64,000 nt of DNA from Squalus acanthias (Eukaryota). Below are positions 36,587 to 49,352 of the stretch, in pieces. The stretch is from assembly GCA_030390025.1 (NCBI GenBank), contig CM059432.1:14572001-14636000 (forward strand). The letters are read 5' to 3'. The notes below the pieces were generated by a model. It saw nothing but the letters and a program-made list of their open reading frames with translations, searched no databases and was not told the DNA's origin. The translations under genes and the position numbers were made by a program. Numbering within the stretch: position 1 is the first letter of the stretch; each line of letters opens with the position of its first letter.

Positions 36587-37450
36587 TTCTTCAGTATCAA
36601 CCACACAGCCGATTTTAGTATCATCTGCAAACTTCTTAATCATACCCCCTATATTCAAGTCTCGATCATTGATATATACCACAAAAAGCAAGGGACCTAG
36701 TACTGAGCTCTGCGGAACCCCACTGGAAACAGCCTTCCAGTCACAAAAACACCCATCAACCATTACCCTCTGCTTCCTGCCACCGAGCCAGTTTTGAATC
36801 CAACTTGACACTTTGCCCTGGATCCCATGGGCTTTTAACTTCGTGACCAGTCTGCCATGTGGAACCTTATCAAAAGCCTTGCTAAAGTCCATATACACTA
36901 CATCAAATGCACTAACCTCATCTACCCTCCTTGTTACCTCCTCAAAAAATTCAATCAAGTTTGTCAGACACGACCTTGCCTTAACAAATCTGTGCTGACT
37001 ATCCTTGACTAATCCGTGTCTTTCTAAATGAAGATTTATCCTGTCCTTCAGAATTCTTTCCAATAATTTTCCCACCACCGAGATTAGGCTGACTGGCCTG
37101 CAATTAATCGGTCGATTCTTTTCTCCCTTTTTAAACAAGGGTATCACATTAGCAGTCCTCCAGTCCTCCAGCACCACACCTGAAGCCAGAGAGGATTGGA
37201 AAATGATGGTCAGGGCCTCTGCTATTTCCTCTTTTGCTTCGCTTAACAGCCTGGGGTACATTTCATCCGGGCCTGGGGATTTATCCACTTTTAAAGCTGC
37301 TAAACCCCTTAATACTTCCTCTCTCACTATGTTTATTTCATCTAATATTTCACACTCCTCCTCCCTGATAGCAATGTCTCCTTTGCCCCTCTCCTTTGTG
37401 AAAACAGATGCAAAGTATTCATTAAGAACCACATTAAGGTTGCCACTCAA

Positions 37451-38100
37451 GTGGATAGAGCAGTAAAGAAGGCCTATAGTGTGTTAGCGTTTATTAACAA
37501 GGGGTTTGAGTTTAAGAACCGTGAGGTTATGCTACAACTGTACAGGACCTTGGTGAGACCACATTTGGAATATTGTGTGCAGTTCTGGTCACCTCACTAT
37601 AGGAAGGACGTGGAAGCATTGGAAAGAGTGCAAAGGAGATTTACCAGGATGCTGCCTGGTTGGGGGGGAGGTCTTCTGAGGAAAGATTGAGGGAGTTAGG
37701 GCTTTTCTCTTTAGAGCGGAGGAGGATGAGAGGCGACTTAATAGAGGTTTATAAGATGATGAGGGGGATAGATAGAGTGGATGTTCAGAGACTATTTCCT
37801 CGGGTGGAGGTAGCTGTTACAAGGGGGCATAACTATAAGGTGCATGGGGGGAGATATAGAAGGGATGTCCGAGGTAGATTCTTTACTCAGAGAGTGGTTG
37901 GGGTGTGGAATGGACTGCCTGCTGTGATAGTGGAGTCGGACACTTTAGGAACTTTCAAGCGGTTATTGGATAAGCACATGGAGCACACCAGAATGATAGG
38001 GAGTGGGATAGCTTGATCTTGGTTTCGGACAATGCTCGGCACAACATCGAGGGCCGAAGGGCCTGTACTGTGCTGTACTGTTCTATGTTTCTATGTTTCT
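37451..38100 (+). mobile_element. CR1 3' fragment nested in opposite orientation
   Basis: AVKKAYSVLAFI...RPHLEYCVQFWSPHY...FFTQRVVGVWNGLP; (TTCTATGT)n tail. Confidence 0.9.
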
Positions 38101-40399
38101 AACCCTACCGATGTCTACCGCCTCCACACACACATTACCCTCATGATCTCTAATAGGCCCTACCCTTTCTTTAGTTATCCTCTTACTCTTAATATAGTTA
38201 TAAAACATCTTTGGGTTTTCCTTGATTTTACTTGCCAAGAATTTTTCATGCTCGCTCTTTGCTTTCCTAATATCCTTTTTAATTGCACCCCTGCACTTTC
38301 TGTACTCCTCTAAAGATTCTGCAGTATTTAGCCCTTTTTTTCTTTATCCTACCCTGTATGTCCCTAGACATCCAGGGGGCTCTAGATTTGTTAGTCCCAC
38401 CTTTTTTCTTTAAGGGCACATGTTTGGTCTGAACCCTCCGTATCTCCTCCTTGAATGCCTCCCACTGCTCTGACACTGATTTACCTTCAAGTAGCTGTTT
38501 CCAGTCCACTATGGCTAAATCCCCTCTGAGCTTAGCAAAATTTGCTTTTCCCCAATTTAGAATTTTTATTCCTGGTCTTTCCTTGTCCTTTTCCATAACT
38601 ACCTTAAATCTAACTGAATTATGGTCACTAGCACCAAAATGCTCCCCACTGATACGCCTTCTACCTGCCCAGCTTCATTCCCTAAAACTAAGTCCAGAAT
38701 CGCCCCCTCCCTTGTTGGGCTTGCTACATACTGGCTAAAAATATTCTCCTGGGTGCATTTTAGGAATTCCGCACCCTCTATACCCTTCACACTAATTTTA
38801 TCCCAGTTAATATTGGGGTATTTGAAATCCCCTACTATTACTGCTTTTGCACTTTTCAGAAATTTGGCTACATACTTGTTCTTCTATCTCCCTCTCACTG
38901 TTTGGGGGTAGGTGGTAGAGGTCGTGGGTTTGGGAAGTGCTGCCAAAGAAGCCTTGGTGAGTTGCTGCAGTACATCTTATAGATGGTACACACTACAGCC
39001 ACGGTACACCGGTGGTGAAGGGAGTGAATGTTTAAGGTGATGGATGGGGTGCCAATCAAGCGGGCTGCTTTGTCCTGGATGGTGTCAAGCTTCTTGAGTG
39101 TTGTTGGAGCTGCACTCATCCAGGCAAGTGGAAAGTATTCCATCACACTCCTGACTTGTGCCTTGTAGATGCTGGAAAGACTTTAGGGAGTCAGGAGGTG
39201 AGACACTCGCCGCAGAATACTCAGCCTCTGACCTGCTCTTGTTGCCACAGTATTCATGTGGCTGGTCCAGTTAAGTTTCTGGTCAATGGTGACCCCCAGG
39301 ATATTGATGGTGAGGGATTCGGCGATGATAATGCCGTTGAATGTCAAGGTGAGGTGGTTAGACGCTCGCTTGTTGGAGATAGTCATTGCTTGGCACTTGT
39401 GTGGCACGAATGTTACCTGTCACTTATCAGTCCAAGCCTGAATGTCGTCCAGGTCTTGCTGCATGCGGGCATGGATTGCTTCAATATGTGAGGAGTTGCG
39501 AATGGCACTGAACAGTGTGCAGTCATCAACGAACATCCCCACTTCTGACCTTATGATGGAGTGGTCTAGTTACAAAGTGCGGGGGGAGGGGGTCTTGGAA
39601 GCTTAGTTCTAGATCCATGAATAAGGTGCAGTGAAGATTCACTAGAATGATGCCAGGAATGAGAGGTTATAGTGAAGAAGATGTACTCAAAAAATTGGGG
39701 CTTTTTCCAATGGAACAGAGATGGTTAACTGGGAATCTAATAGATTTACTAAGATTATGCAAGGTTTGGAGAGGGTAAATAGTGAAAGATTGCCACAATT
39801 GATTGCCAAATCGGTAACAGTGGTTGGCAAATTGGGATTATCGCTCAAGGAACAAAGTGGGAATGTTGGAGAAGTTTCTTCACATAGACTATTATTAGGA
39901 TGTGGAATGCTTTACCACAAGTGGCTATTGAGGCAGAAGCTTTAACATAATGTAAGAGGTATTTGGATAAATATTTGAAAATGAAGAATATAAAAGAATA
40001 TAGGCAATGGGCAGGGAAATTAAATTACATTATTTAGCTATAGTTGAAGAGCTAACACTGCTCCACTCGAGAAGGGCCAAATGGCCTCTTTCTGCAGTGT
40101 AACTATTATGATACCATGTTGCATTGAAAATCCTCCTCCTGGGCTTTCATTCTCATATAATTACATATGTAACCTTATGTAAAGCTTCCAGAACTAATTT
40201 TTAGTTAAAAAAGAAGCAAAATATACCACAAAGTATGTTGACTGCACAGTCTCTAGAATCTTTTCAAAAGGAGATGGACAGGCTTCTGATTACAGAGAAA
40301 AAGTCTTGCATTTATATCATGCTTTTCATGACCTCGGGATGTCCCAAAACGCTTTATGCCCAATGAAGTATTTTTGAAGTGTAGTTACTTTGTAATGTA

Positions 40400-40835
40400 G
40401 GAGAGACTGAGTAGATTGGGCCTCTACTCTCTGGAGTTTAGAAGAATGAGAGGTGATCTCATTGATGCATATAAGATTCTGAGGGGGATTGACAAGGTGG
40501 ATGCTGAGAACTTCTTTTCCCTGCCTGGAGAGTCTAGAATTAGGGGGCAAAGTCTCAGGATAAGGGGTCGGCCATTTAAGACTGAGATGAGGAGGAATTT
40601 CTTCACTCAGAGGCTCGTGAATCTTTGGAATTCTCTACCCCAGAGGGCTGTGGATGCTCAGTCGTTGAGTATATTCAAGGCTGAGATCGATAGATTTTTG
40701 GACTTCAGGGGAATCAATGGATATGGAGATCGGGCGGGAAAGTGGAGTTGAGGTCGAAGATCAGCCATGATCTTATTGAATGGCGGAACAGGCTCGAGGG
40801 GCCGTATGGCCTACTCCTGCTTTTAATTCTTATGT
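40400..40835 (+). mobile_element. CR1 3' fragment inserted in a Deu-domain SINE (40300-40955, minus)
   Basis: LGLYSLEFRRMRGDLIDAYKIL...FFTQRLVNLWNSLP; SINE sequence on both sides. Confidence 0.88.
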
Positions 40836-42684
40836 TCGTTAACACGGCAGCAGATTTGCACATAGCAAGGTCCCACAAACAGCTCAATGATAATGACCAG
40901 ATAATCAATTTTAGTGATGTTGGTTGAGGGATAAATATTGGCCAGGCCACCAGGGAGAATGTGGCTAGGCAATGGGGCAGGATGAAGACTGAAGAATGCC
41001 CCAGAAAATAAACTCCAATCAGAGTGAGCTGCACTGACTGAGGGCCTGCTGTCACCTTTCCCTTCTCCACGTGGGATTGAACAAGTCCTTACTGTTTACA
41101 TGGAAAGATCAAGAGATCTGGCATGATCTGAATGAGCCAAATGGCCTTTCTCTGTAACTATTCTTCTTATATACTTAGTGGGGAATGGCTGTATCAGTGC
41201 ATTCCACTGAGGCACTCCACTGCAATTAATGTTTTTGAAGAACTATATGTATAATAAATTATTTAAATCCATCTAATGCTCACAGCCAGCAATCATATCT
41301 GAGCACTAGGGTTAACAATTACTCTGATCTTTTCACAAACTGGAAAGATTATGTTATTAGTTTTGAACAGTTTTTTTTTTTAAAGAGTGTTTATACTATA
41401 CTCCATAATGTGTGAGCCCAGCAATAGATCAGGTCATTTGACAGTTTACCTTGATGGATTAAGCTATCACCATATTAACATTAGCACAACTGTGCATTCC
41501 ACTTGAACCTTGCAATAATTGTACCCTTCCTGCTCTGAAATATATCCCTTTACTAGCTGCAGTCTGCCAGTTGGAAGCCTTCTTGAAAACAAAAGCAAAC
41601 ACATACATCATATTTTAACTCACAATATTCACCTCAGGAGTGTGCAGATCTGCATGTGGAATGTGGTGGATACCAGCGTAAAACTAACGGGACTTTTGCC
41701 TCAGTTTACAACTGGACTATGGATATAATTTGGGATTTTTTTTTGTAGCATTCATTCTCAGCATAAATTTTGAGTTGTATGCGATAGCTAATACTGAACA
41801 ATGCACTCAAGATTGTTCTGCATCGAGGCACTATGAATATTTAATGGCTGGGCCTGCTTATTATTGTCTCCTAAAGTGTAGAACAAGCTCTAGCAGGAAA
41901 CAACGTTAAGAGAGGATGGGCAAGCTACCTCACTTCCAGCGCAGGCTCAGAAAATTTACCCCTAAATGTTGTCTTCTCTGGTTTAGTGCAAATGTGCAAT
42001 TTTAATCCAACTGTTCTTTTAAACTGAATTGGCAAAACTGCTCTAGAGATAACCAGGCAACAGGACAGGTAAGTACTGAAGAGGTGCCATTTTGCTTGCT
42101 TAACTGCAGGGGATATTTAACCTGGATAGATCTGTAACCCCAGGGAGGTGAGATGTGCAATTAAGAGATGATGTTGGATGGTGAGAGGTAGTTAGGCTTA
42201 CTGCACGTCCAGCTTTAGGAGCTCATGAGCAACCTAAGGCCCATTTTGCCCTTTAGACCTGTCAGAAGGAAGTCTTATTATACTAGGCATTGTAAAGAAA
42301 TAGAAATAGAACAAAACGAGGAAGTTATAAACGGCGGGGGAAAAAGGCGTGGTACGGAGGCAGGAACAGAAAACAAACACATGATTCTTGACCTGCTAAA
42401 TAAACAGAAACCCAGCACAATAAAACCAGCTGATTGAAGAGATACAAAAAAGTCTAGGGGCGTGCCTTTGATCAAAGTACTCCTTTATAGAAACACAACT
42501 ATAATTATCAAAACATTCCTTAATTTAAGAAAATGTTTCATTCAGACCATAGTGGCCCTTGTATTTTGGATCGCTTTCCCTCTACACCATGCTGGTGCCA
42601 TTACTAACAAGACAGAGAGACTTGAATTCATTTTAATGGGACCCACTATTCTAGATGGTTTTGGGAGGCAACCTGGATATGTTT

Positions 42685-42945
42685 AAGCATTAGAGGGGAG
42701 TTGAGGAGAACATTTTTTACCCAGAGCATGGTGTGGGTCTGGAACTCTCAGCCTGAAAGGGTGGTAGAGGCAGAAACACTCATCACATTTAAAAAGTACT
42801 TGGATATGCACTTGAAGTGCTGTAACCTACAAGGCTACGGATCAAGAGCTGGAAAGTGGGATTAGGCCGGATAGCTCTTTTTCGGCCGGCACAGACACGA
42901 TGGGCCGAATGGCCTCCTTCTGTGCCATAAATTTCTATGATTCTA
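42685..42945 (+). mobile_element. CR1 3' end
   Basis: Matches the reverse complement of the 35589-35830 tail region. Confidence 0.8.
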
Positions 42946-43092
42946 CGTATGACCCTGGAATAACATACATTGGTTGTGTTGCCCACTTTGAATAGAAATT
43001 ATTCCCAGTTGACTTTCCTTCCCCATTAGGGTGGAAACAGGGATCAGCCAGCTGCTTAAAGCTCTTTTCCTGATGAGGATACCAAACCTAAA

Positions 43093-43723
43093 GGGGGAAA
43101 AATTGGCTCGCACCCTCTTTGGGGAGCTAACTCCGCTGGGGTGCTACTTTTAGCGCATCAAAAAAGTTAGCGCCCCCGCGCCTGAAATTGAATGGTAGCG
43201 CCCCAAGCAGGAGGCGGGGCACTACTGGAAGCACTCCCCCTCCCTCTTGGGGCGCTACCATTCAATATCGCGGCGCTACATGCAGCAGCGCCACACATGT
43301 CAGCACGTAGCGCCGCAGTACTGCAGGCCTTCCCCCCCTGATTAAAAGGGAGGGACTTAGCGCAGCGCGCACTGGGGTCCTGCTGGACCACCAGGGAGTG
43401 GGGTGCCGGCAAAAGAGCCCCGGCACCTGCCCTTTAATTTATGCTGCCCCGGCTGCAAAAACGCCACCCTGACCCTGTCGGACATAGAGTCCGGCGGTAG
43501 GTCAGAGGGCACGAGCCACGTTTGCAGCCGGGGCGCGAGCGGGGTGCTGCGCAAGGCGATGTTGTCAGCGCCAGAGGCGCATCGCCGCAGGGCGCAACCA
43601 GCTACCGCCACCGCTAACCTCCCGCTGAATTTCACAGGAGGCATTAGCGGCGCCGCGCCCGGGTGCTAGGTGCTTTGCGCCCCATTAGCGCCCCCTCGGA
43701 CGAATCAACCGAATTTTCCCTCC
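43093..43723. mobile_element. GC-rich Harbinger-like MITE related to family 1
   Basis: GGGGGAAAAATTGG ... CCGAATTTTCCCTCC termini; AAA/AAA flanks; shares CCCATTAGCGCCC with ~48432. Confidence 0.7.
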
Positions 43724-44089
43724 AAATAACCTAATCCCTTGTCTGACTTCCTGCTATTGCTTCCTTTTAATCATTTCTCATTTGGAATCTGCTTTTGCAT
43801 TTCATTCTGAAATGTGTTCTACTGATGGACAGGCCACTTCACTCAGCAATGACAGGGGGAGAGCTCACAGTTAAAGCTGGAGGGCCACTGTTACATTTCA
43901 TAAGCAGCATCATCAGTAGCTGACAGAAGCCACTGCTTCACAGTAGAAAATAATAAAATCACCCGATTCTCGACATTTATCGAGCTTATACAATGATTTG
44001 AGTTCTCCCATGTAATGGCTGGATCTCTCATCATTACCTGCTACACCATGGGGTAGAAATTGGTATGTGTTGCCTCTATTTTTCGGATA

Positions 44090-45835
44090 CATAGGAACAG
44101 GGGTAGGCCCGTTCAGCCCCTCAAGCCTGTTCTGTCATTCAATGATATCATGACTGATCTGTACCTCAACTCTATTTACCTGCCTTTGCTCCATATCCCT
44201 TACCTAACAAAAATCTACCAATTTCAGTGTTGAAAATTTCAATTTCCCATCCGCAGCCTTTTCATAGAATCATAGAATTATACAGCACAGAAGGAGACCA
44301 TTCTGCCCATCGTGCCTATGCCGTCTCTTTGGTAGAACTATCCAACTAAGCCCAGTCCCCAGCTCTTTCCCCATAGACCTGTCATTTTTTTCCCCTTCAA
44401 GTATTTATCCAATTCCATTTTGAAAGTTACTATTACATAGAATGTACAGCACAGAAACAGGCCATTTGGCCCAACAGGCCTGTGCCGGTGCTCCACACGA
44501 GCCTCCTTTCACCCCTCTTCATCTAACCCTATCAGTATATCCTTCTATTCCTTTCTCCCTCATGTGTTTATCCAGGTTCCTCTTAAATGCATCTATGCGA
44601 TTCGCCTCAACTACATTCTAAGCACTCCCTGGGTAAAGAGATTTCTCCTGAATTCCCTACTGGATTCATTGGTGACTATCTTATGTTTATGGCCCTTAGT
44701 TTTGGTCTCGCCCACAAGTGGAAACAACTTCTCTACGTCCACCCTATCGAATCCTCTCATAACCTTCAAGACCTCAGCCTTCCCTTTTCAAAACAAAAGC
44801 CCCCCCAGCCTGTTTAATCTTTCCTGATAGGTATATCCTCTCAGTTCTGGTATCACCCTTGTAAACCTTTCTTCCACAAAAGCAAAATACTGCGGATGCT
44901 GGAAATCTGAAATAGAAACAGAGAATGCTGGAAATACCTGACGAAGGGTCATCGACCTGAAACGTTGACTCTGTTTCTCTCTCCGTAGGCGCTGCCTAAC
45001 CTGCAGAGTATTGCCTGCATTTTCTGTTTTGAAATCTTTCTTCCACCTGCCTCTATATCCTTTTTTTATAATACCGGCAGGAAGATTGTGTTTGATCAAC
45101 ATTCCTCCTGCATCTGTTCAGAAATAGCAAGTTTACCGATTTTAGTGTCTGGTTTTCCGAACCAGTTTAAACTTCAAAAAATTAAGCAAAACTGAATCTC
45201 CTTCCATCACCTTTTCAGGCAGTGCATTTCAGATCACAACAATTCGCTGCATGATTTTTTCCCCCTGTCTCCTCTGGTTTTTTTGGAAATCACCTTAAAC
45301 CTGTGTCCTCGGCTACCGACCCTAAGTCCTGGTCATTAATATGTATCAAAAAGAGCAGTGGTCCTAATCAATGTTCCCTCTAAGCTGTGCGGCCGTGCAG
45401 CTCGGGACCAGCTTTTCCAAAGTGCAATTTCGCACGTGTGTGAAACTTTGAACGGGCCGCGCAGCCCCTTAAAGGGACTGCGCACCCAAAAGAAAAGAGG
45501 GGGAAAATTGGTCCCAATACCAATACCAACCCCTGGGGAACACCACTGTATATTTTCCTCCAGTCTGAAAAACAACCGTTCACCACAACGGTCTGCTTTC
45601 TGTCCTTTAGCCAATTTCATATCGTCGCTGCCACAGCCCCTTTACTCCCATGGGCTTCAATTTTGCTAACAAGTCTATTATGTAGTACTTTATCAAACAC
45701 CTTTTGAACGTCCCTATACACAACATCAACCGCACTACCCTCATCAACGCTCTCCACTACTTCATTAAAGAACTCAATCAAGTTAGTCAAATACGATTTG
45801 CCTTTAACAAATCCGTGCTGACTTTCATTTATTAC
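44090..45835 (-). mobile_element. Cluster of decayed CR1 3' fragments with a Penelope-like inverted end (44876-45030)
   Basis: Several stacked CR1 tails and an RT piece ([19 protein letters not shown]). Confidence 0.7.
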
Positions 45836-47598
45836 AAACACGCTTGTAACATGTAAATTTTTGTCACTGTTGCCACTACTGCCGTGGAGTCTATTTTGGA
45901 AGTCAGCAGGCTGGATTCCACTGCAGTGTAAGCCCAACATAATACAAGTAGGAGCAATTCTGAAAGATGATGATAAATCTTGATGAGAATCACTATCTTC
46001 CATTTCTTTGCCCCGTAGATCATCTTTCAGATTTACAAATTAGTTTTAATGGAACTTGGTGATCAACTTTTAGCAAAGTTAAACTAATCTGATATGGAGT
46101 TTTATTTATTGTACTTAAAACAAAAAGTATTATTCCTGATGATAAAGAAGGTACGGCTAATAAAGTTTTCTGGGCAGGTTCGGATTCATGCTTACAGTTC
46201 TACAAGGAACAGCGGGTAACCTGACTGAGTGAGAGATGGAGGTGGTGCTGTTACACCTTCTATACCGCGACATTGACATCCTTTGTTCATGGTACAATAA
46301 AAAAGACAGATTTGACATTAATATAAAATTATCACGAAGCTTTCTGGTTGAAGTGCAATTACCAGAGCCATGTTTCTACATTTACCTGCAGTAGGCTGGG
46401 ATGTGGAGTTTCTAATGTCATCGTGTCAAGTCTCTGCAGACCGTGCTGTGTGTAGCGACAGTAACTTCGTGAGCTGCACTGCTTTGTGATTTCCAGTCCG
46501 TCCAAATAATCAAATTTTACCTGCGCCAAATCCAGAAATGCCAGGTTGTACATCAGAAACTCTTGTTGATCAAATTGTTGAGGAGGCATGGGTTGTACTG
46601 AAGATAGGTGTGACCTTATTGGAAATTAAATCGTTATAAGGACATTGGGACAGATTAAAAAGTTGGTGGAAATCACTACATCAAAGGTGACTCGTGATAT
46701 GTTCCACTGTGTCTCTGCCATGTTTCAAATGCCTTGAGAAGAATGAGACAGATGAACAAGTCTGTTACAGGAGTTGTACTTAGTGGGCAGGTGTGTCTCA
46801 TTTGGAACTGTTTAAATTATTAACCGCTAGATAATGAGGATACAATACATTCTCCTTCAGTGCTGAGGTAAATGATCTCAGTCAGGCAGTGGTCAGGGGT
46901 ACAAATAGCCTCACCACTGCTAAACTAGGGAGGGGAGTGGAGGGGGGAAAGAAGAAATCAGCAGTGTTCCCACTCTTAATTGCTTTCCAGTGATCCAGCT
47001 GTAGCATACTTGTGTGTGAACATATTTCCCTACTCACCATGTTAGCAAGAAAGTAAACACAGCTGCAAGATTTTCTGTTTGATATTTCTAGTGAAATGAT
47101 TAAAAAAAAGTGTTCTAAATGAGCATTGATAATATAGCTGGAAGTGGTGTCCAGAAGAAATCTTCCTCCCTACCCTCCATGGATCACAATGCTGCACTCA
47201 GCTGTGATGCCATAAGAACATAAGAAATAGGAGCAGGAGTAGGCCATATGGCCCCTCGAGCCTGCTCCGCCATTCAATAAGATCATGGCTGATCTTCGAG
47301 CTCAACTCCACTTTCCCGCCCGATCCCCATATCCCTCAATTCCCCCAGAGTCCAAAAATCTAGCGATCTCAGCCTTGAACATACTCAACGACTCAGCATC
47401 CACAGCCCTTTGGGGCAGAGAATTCCAAAGATATCCTCCATGCTCAAACAAACGGCCTGTTGCCATTCACTGCGTACTCTTACATGTGATTCATAGCCAC
47501 TTGGGTCAAATACTGCAGTCTGTGCCAATGGAACGATACCCCAGCAGGATGTAGTGTAGGGGAGAAAAATCGGAATAAAATAAAATATATGGTATATA

Positions 47599-48490
47599 GG
47601 GGGAAAAATTAGGTCGCGCCCCATTTGGGGCGCAAATATCGTCTGGACGCAAATATTAGCGGCTGGCGCTAATTATCGCCACTGACTGGAAACTTCACTT
47701 TTACCGCCCCGGGAGGTGATTGGAGCGCTAAATCAGGTGCTGTACACCTGTCTTAAGGCGCAAAGGCCAAGGAGTGAGGCGCTAACTCAGAGCGCTGGCG
47801 AAGCTCATGTAATGTCAGTCAGCAATGGAACACACACACAATGGCACGGGCCAGTTCTTAAAGGGGATGGTTAATCTTGCTTTCCATCCACATCCTGTTC
47901 ATTGCAGCCTTGAATCTCGGCCTGGAGAGACTTGCACATCAAATGTGCTGGAAAGAACAATGGAGAGTACCAGGCAAAGAGCTCAGAGTGCAGCCCCCAC
48001 AGTCTCTGCTAAATCGATACAAGGAATGGCAAATCAAAATGAACCTGCAAAGTGCTGCTCAGTACCCAAAACTCCTTCACACAACGTTGAATCTCTCCAG
48101 AAGTCTCTCCCTTTCTCTCTCAGAATGCATAGTTCAAAAATGCCACCAACAATAAAAGGCAGGAAGCGGTCACCTTTAAATAGCGCTCCCCCTTTCCCTT
48201 CATGACTGCAGAACGCTCCCCTCAACCTGTCGTTGCTAGCGTCAGGCGGTAAGGCAGGGGCACCACTCAATTTCCGCTCCAGGGCGCCACAAGGGCGTTG
48301 CACCATGGAATGACGTCACAATCTGCGCACGCAGGTGGTCGCAGCGGTAAAGTTTAGCGCCGCCGCACAATGTCTAGTTAAGTTCCCGAGCGGCGCAAAC
48401 ATCACTGCACCCGGGCGTTAGCGGCTTTGCACCCCATTAGCGCCCTCTTAAGGCGCTAACGGGAGGCGCAACCAACTGAATTTTTACCCC
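47599..48490 (+). mobile_element. MITE family 1, second copy
   Basis: GGGGGAAAAATT ... AATTTTTACCCC; ATA/ATA TSD; colinear with 14802-15654. Confidence 0.82.
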
Positions 48491-49352
48491 ATAGTCCCTT
48501 TAATTTGTGAAAGCTGTTTTGCTTCCTTGAGTGTTGCTGGGTTGCCTAACAAACGGCTGATCTCTTTATGATTTATTACGTTACCAGGTAATCAATTAAC
48601 TTGACTACAGCATTTCTGTGTTTATCAGTAACAATGGTGCAATCTAAGCTCACATTACTGCTACCAGTAAATCAATGCTCCACATACGTTAAATTTGACC
48701 ATGCGGTGACCCTGTGCAGTGACAGCTTGTACCGGGTACAATCAGATATGACAAGATATTATTACAAGGAAGTACTGCATAATGATATGTAAGGGATATG
48801 TTTCTATCATCTCTGTATTCAGGCTATGTTTTTTAATTTAGATTGGATCTAGATACGGGCAACATTAAAGGTGATGGTCCCTTAGAAGGACCCTGATAAA
48901 AAGGGGATCAATCAGGTTTGTCATCATCTAATACAAGTGTTCATTTCAGTGGCATTTGTCCTGGGCTGCTTCAGTCTTCTGTCATGAAGTTGGCAATTAT
49001 ACAGTGCTCAAGGGGAATTCAGTATTTTACAATCAAAGTGAACTGTGTACAGACATGGAAATAATAAAGAAAGCTAGTTACTTACAATAAATCAAGAGAG
49101 AATACCAATAGAGTTTGGCAGTGAAAGCTGCTGAAATGTTAAGTGTGTGTGTGTGTGTGTGTCTGTAGTTGGACTCAGTTTTGTCTGTTGCATATGTTTG
49201 CTGCGGGACAGTGACTAGCAGAATTCCGTGAGGATGTGTCCTCCCTCTCCTGTTGTTCTCCAATTCATCAATTAAAGAGTTTAATTTTTGTACTATTTAA
49301 TTTTTTTTTATTGATAACAATAAATAATATGGCCGGGGGCATGCAGCTTATT

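Larger units (their letters stand above)
35589..38908 (-). mobile_element. CR1 LINE (endonuclease remnant, RT, 3' tail), disrupted
   Basis: ORFs 36581-37450 (KSPGPD...RPVSLISVVGKLLE...[12 protein letters not shown]...KFADDTK) and 35804-36547; endonuclease C-terminus FLKCTQENIFSQYVASPTREGAILDLVL at 38599-38790. Confidence 0.92.
35310..39560 (-). mobile_element. Non-LTR 'family B' copy split by a 3.3-kb CR1
   Basis: ...CCTTCTAG at 35588 resumes as TAGGTGGTAGAGG at 38909. Confidence 0.75.

Noticed and set aside
41450..41582. Minus-strand exon-like segment with AG/GT boundaries
   Set aside because: Stops in all three frames; no homology.
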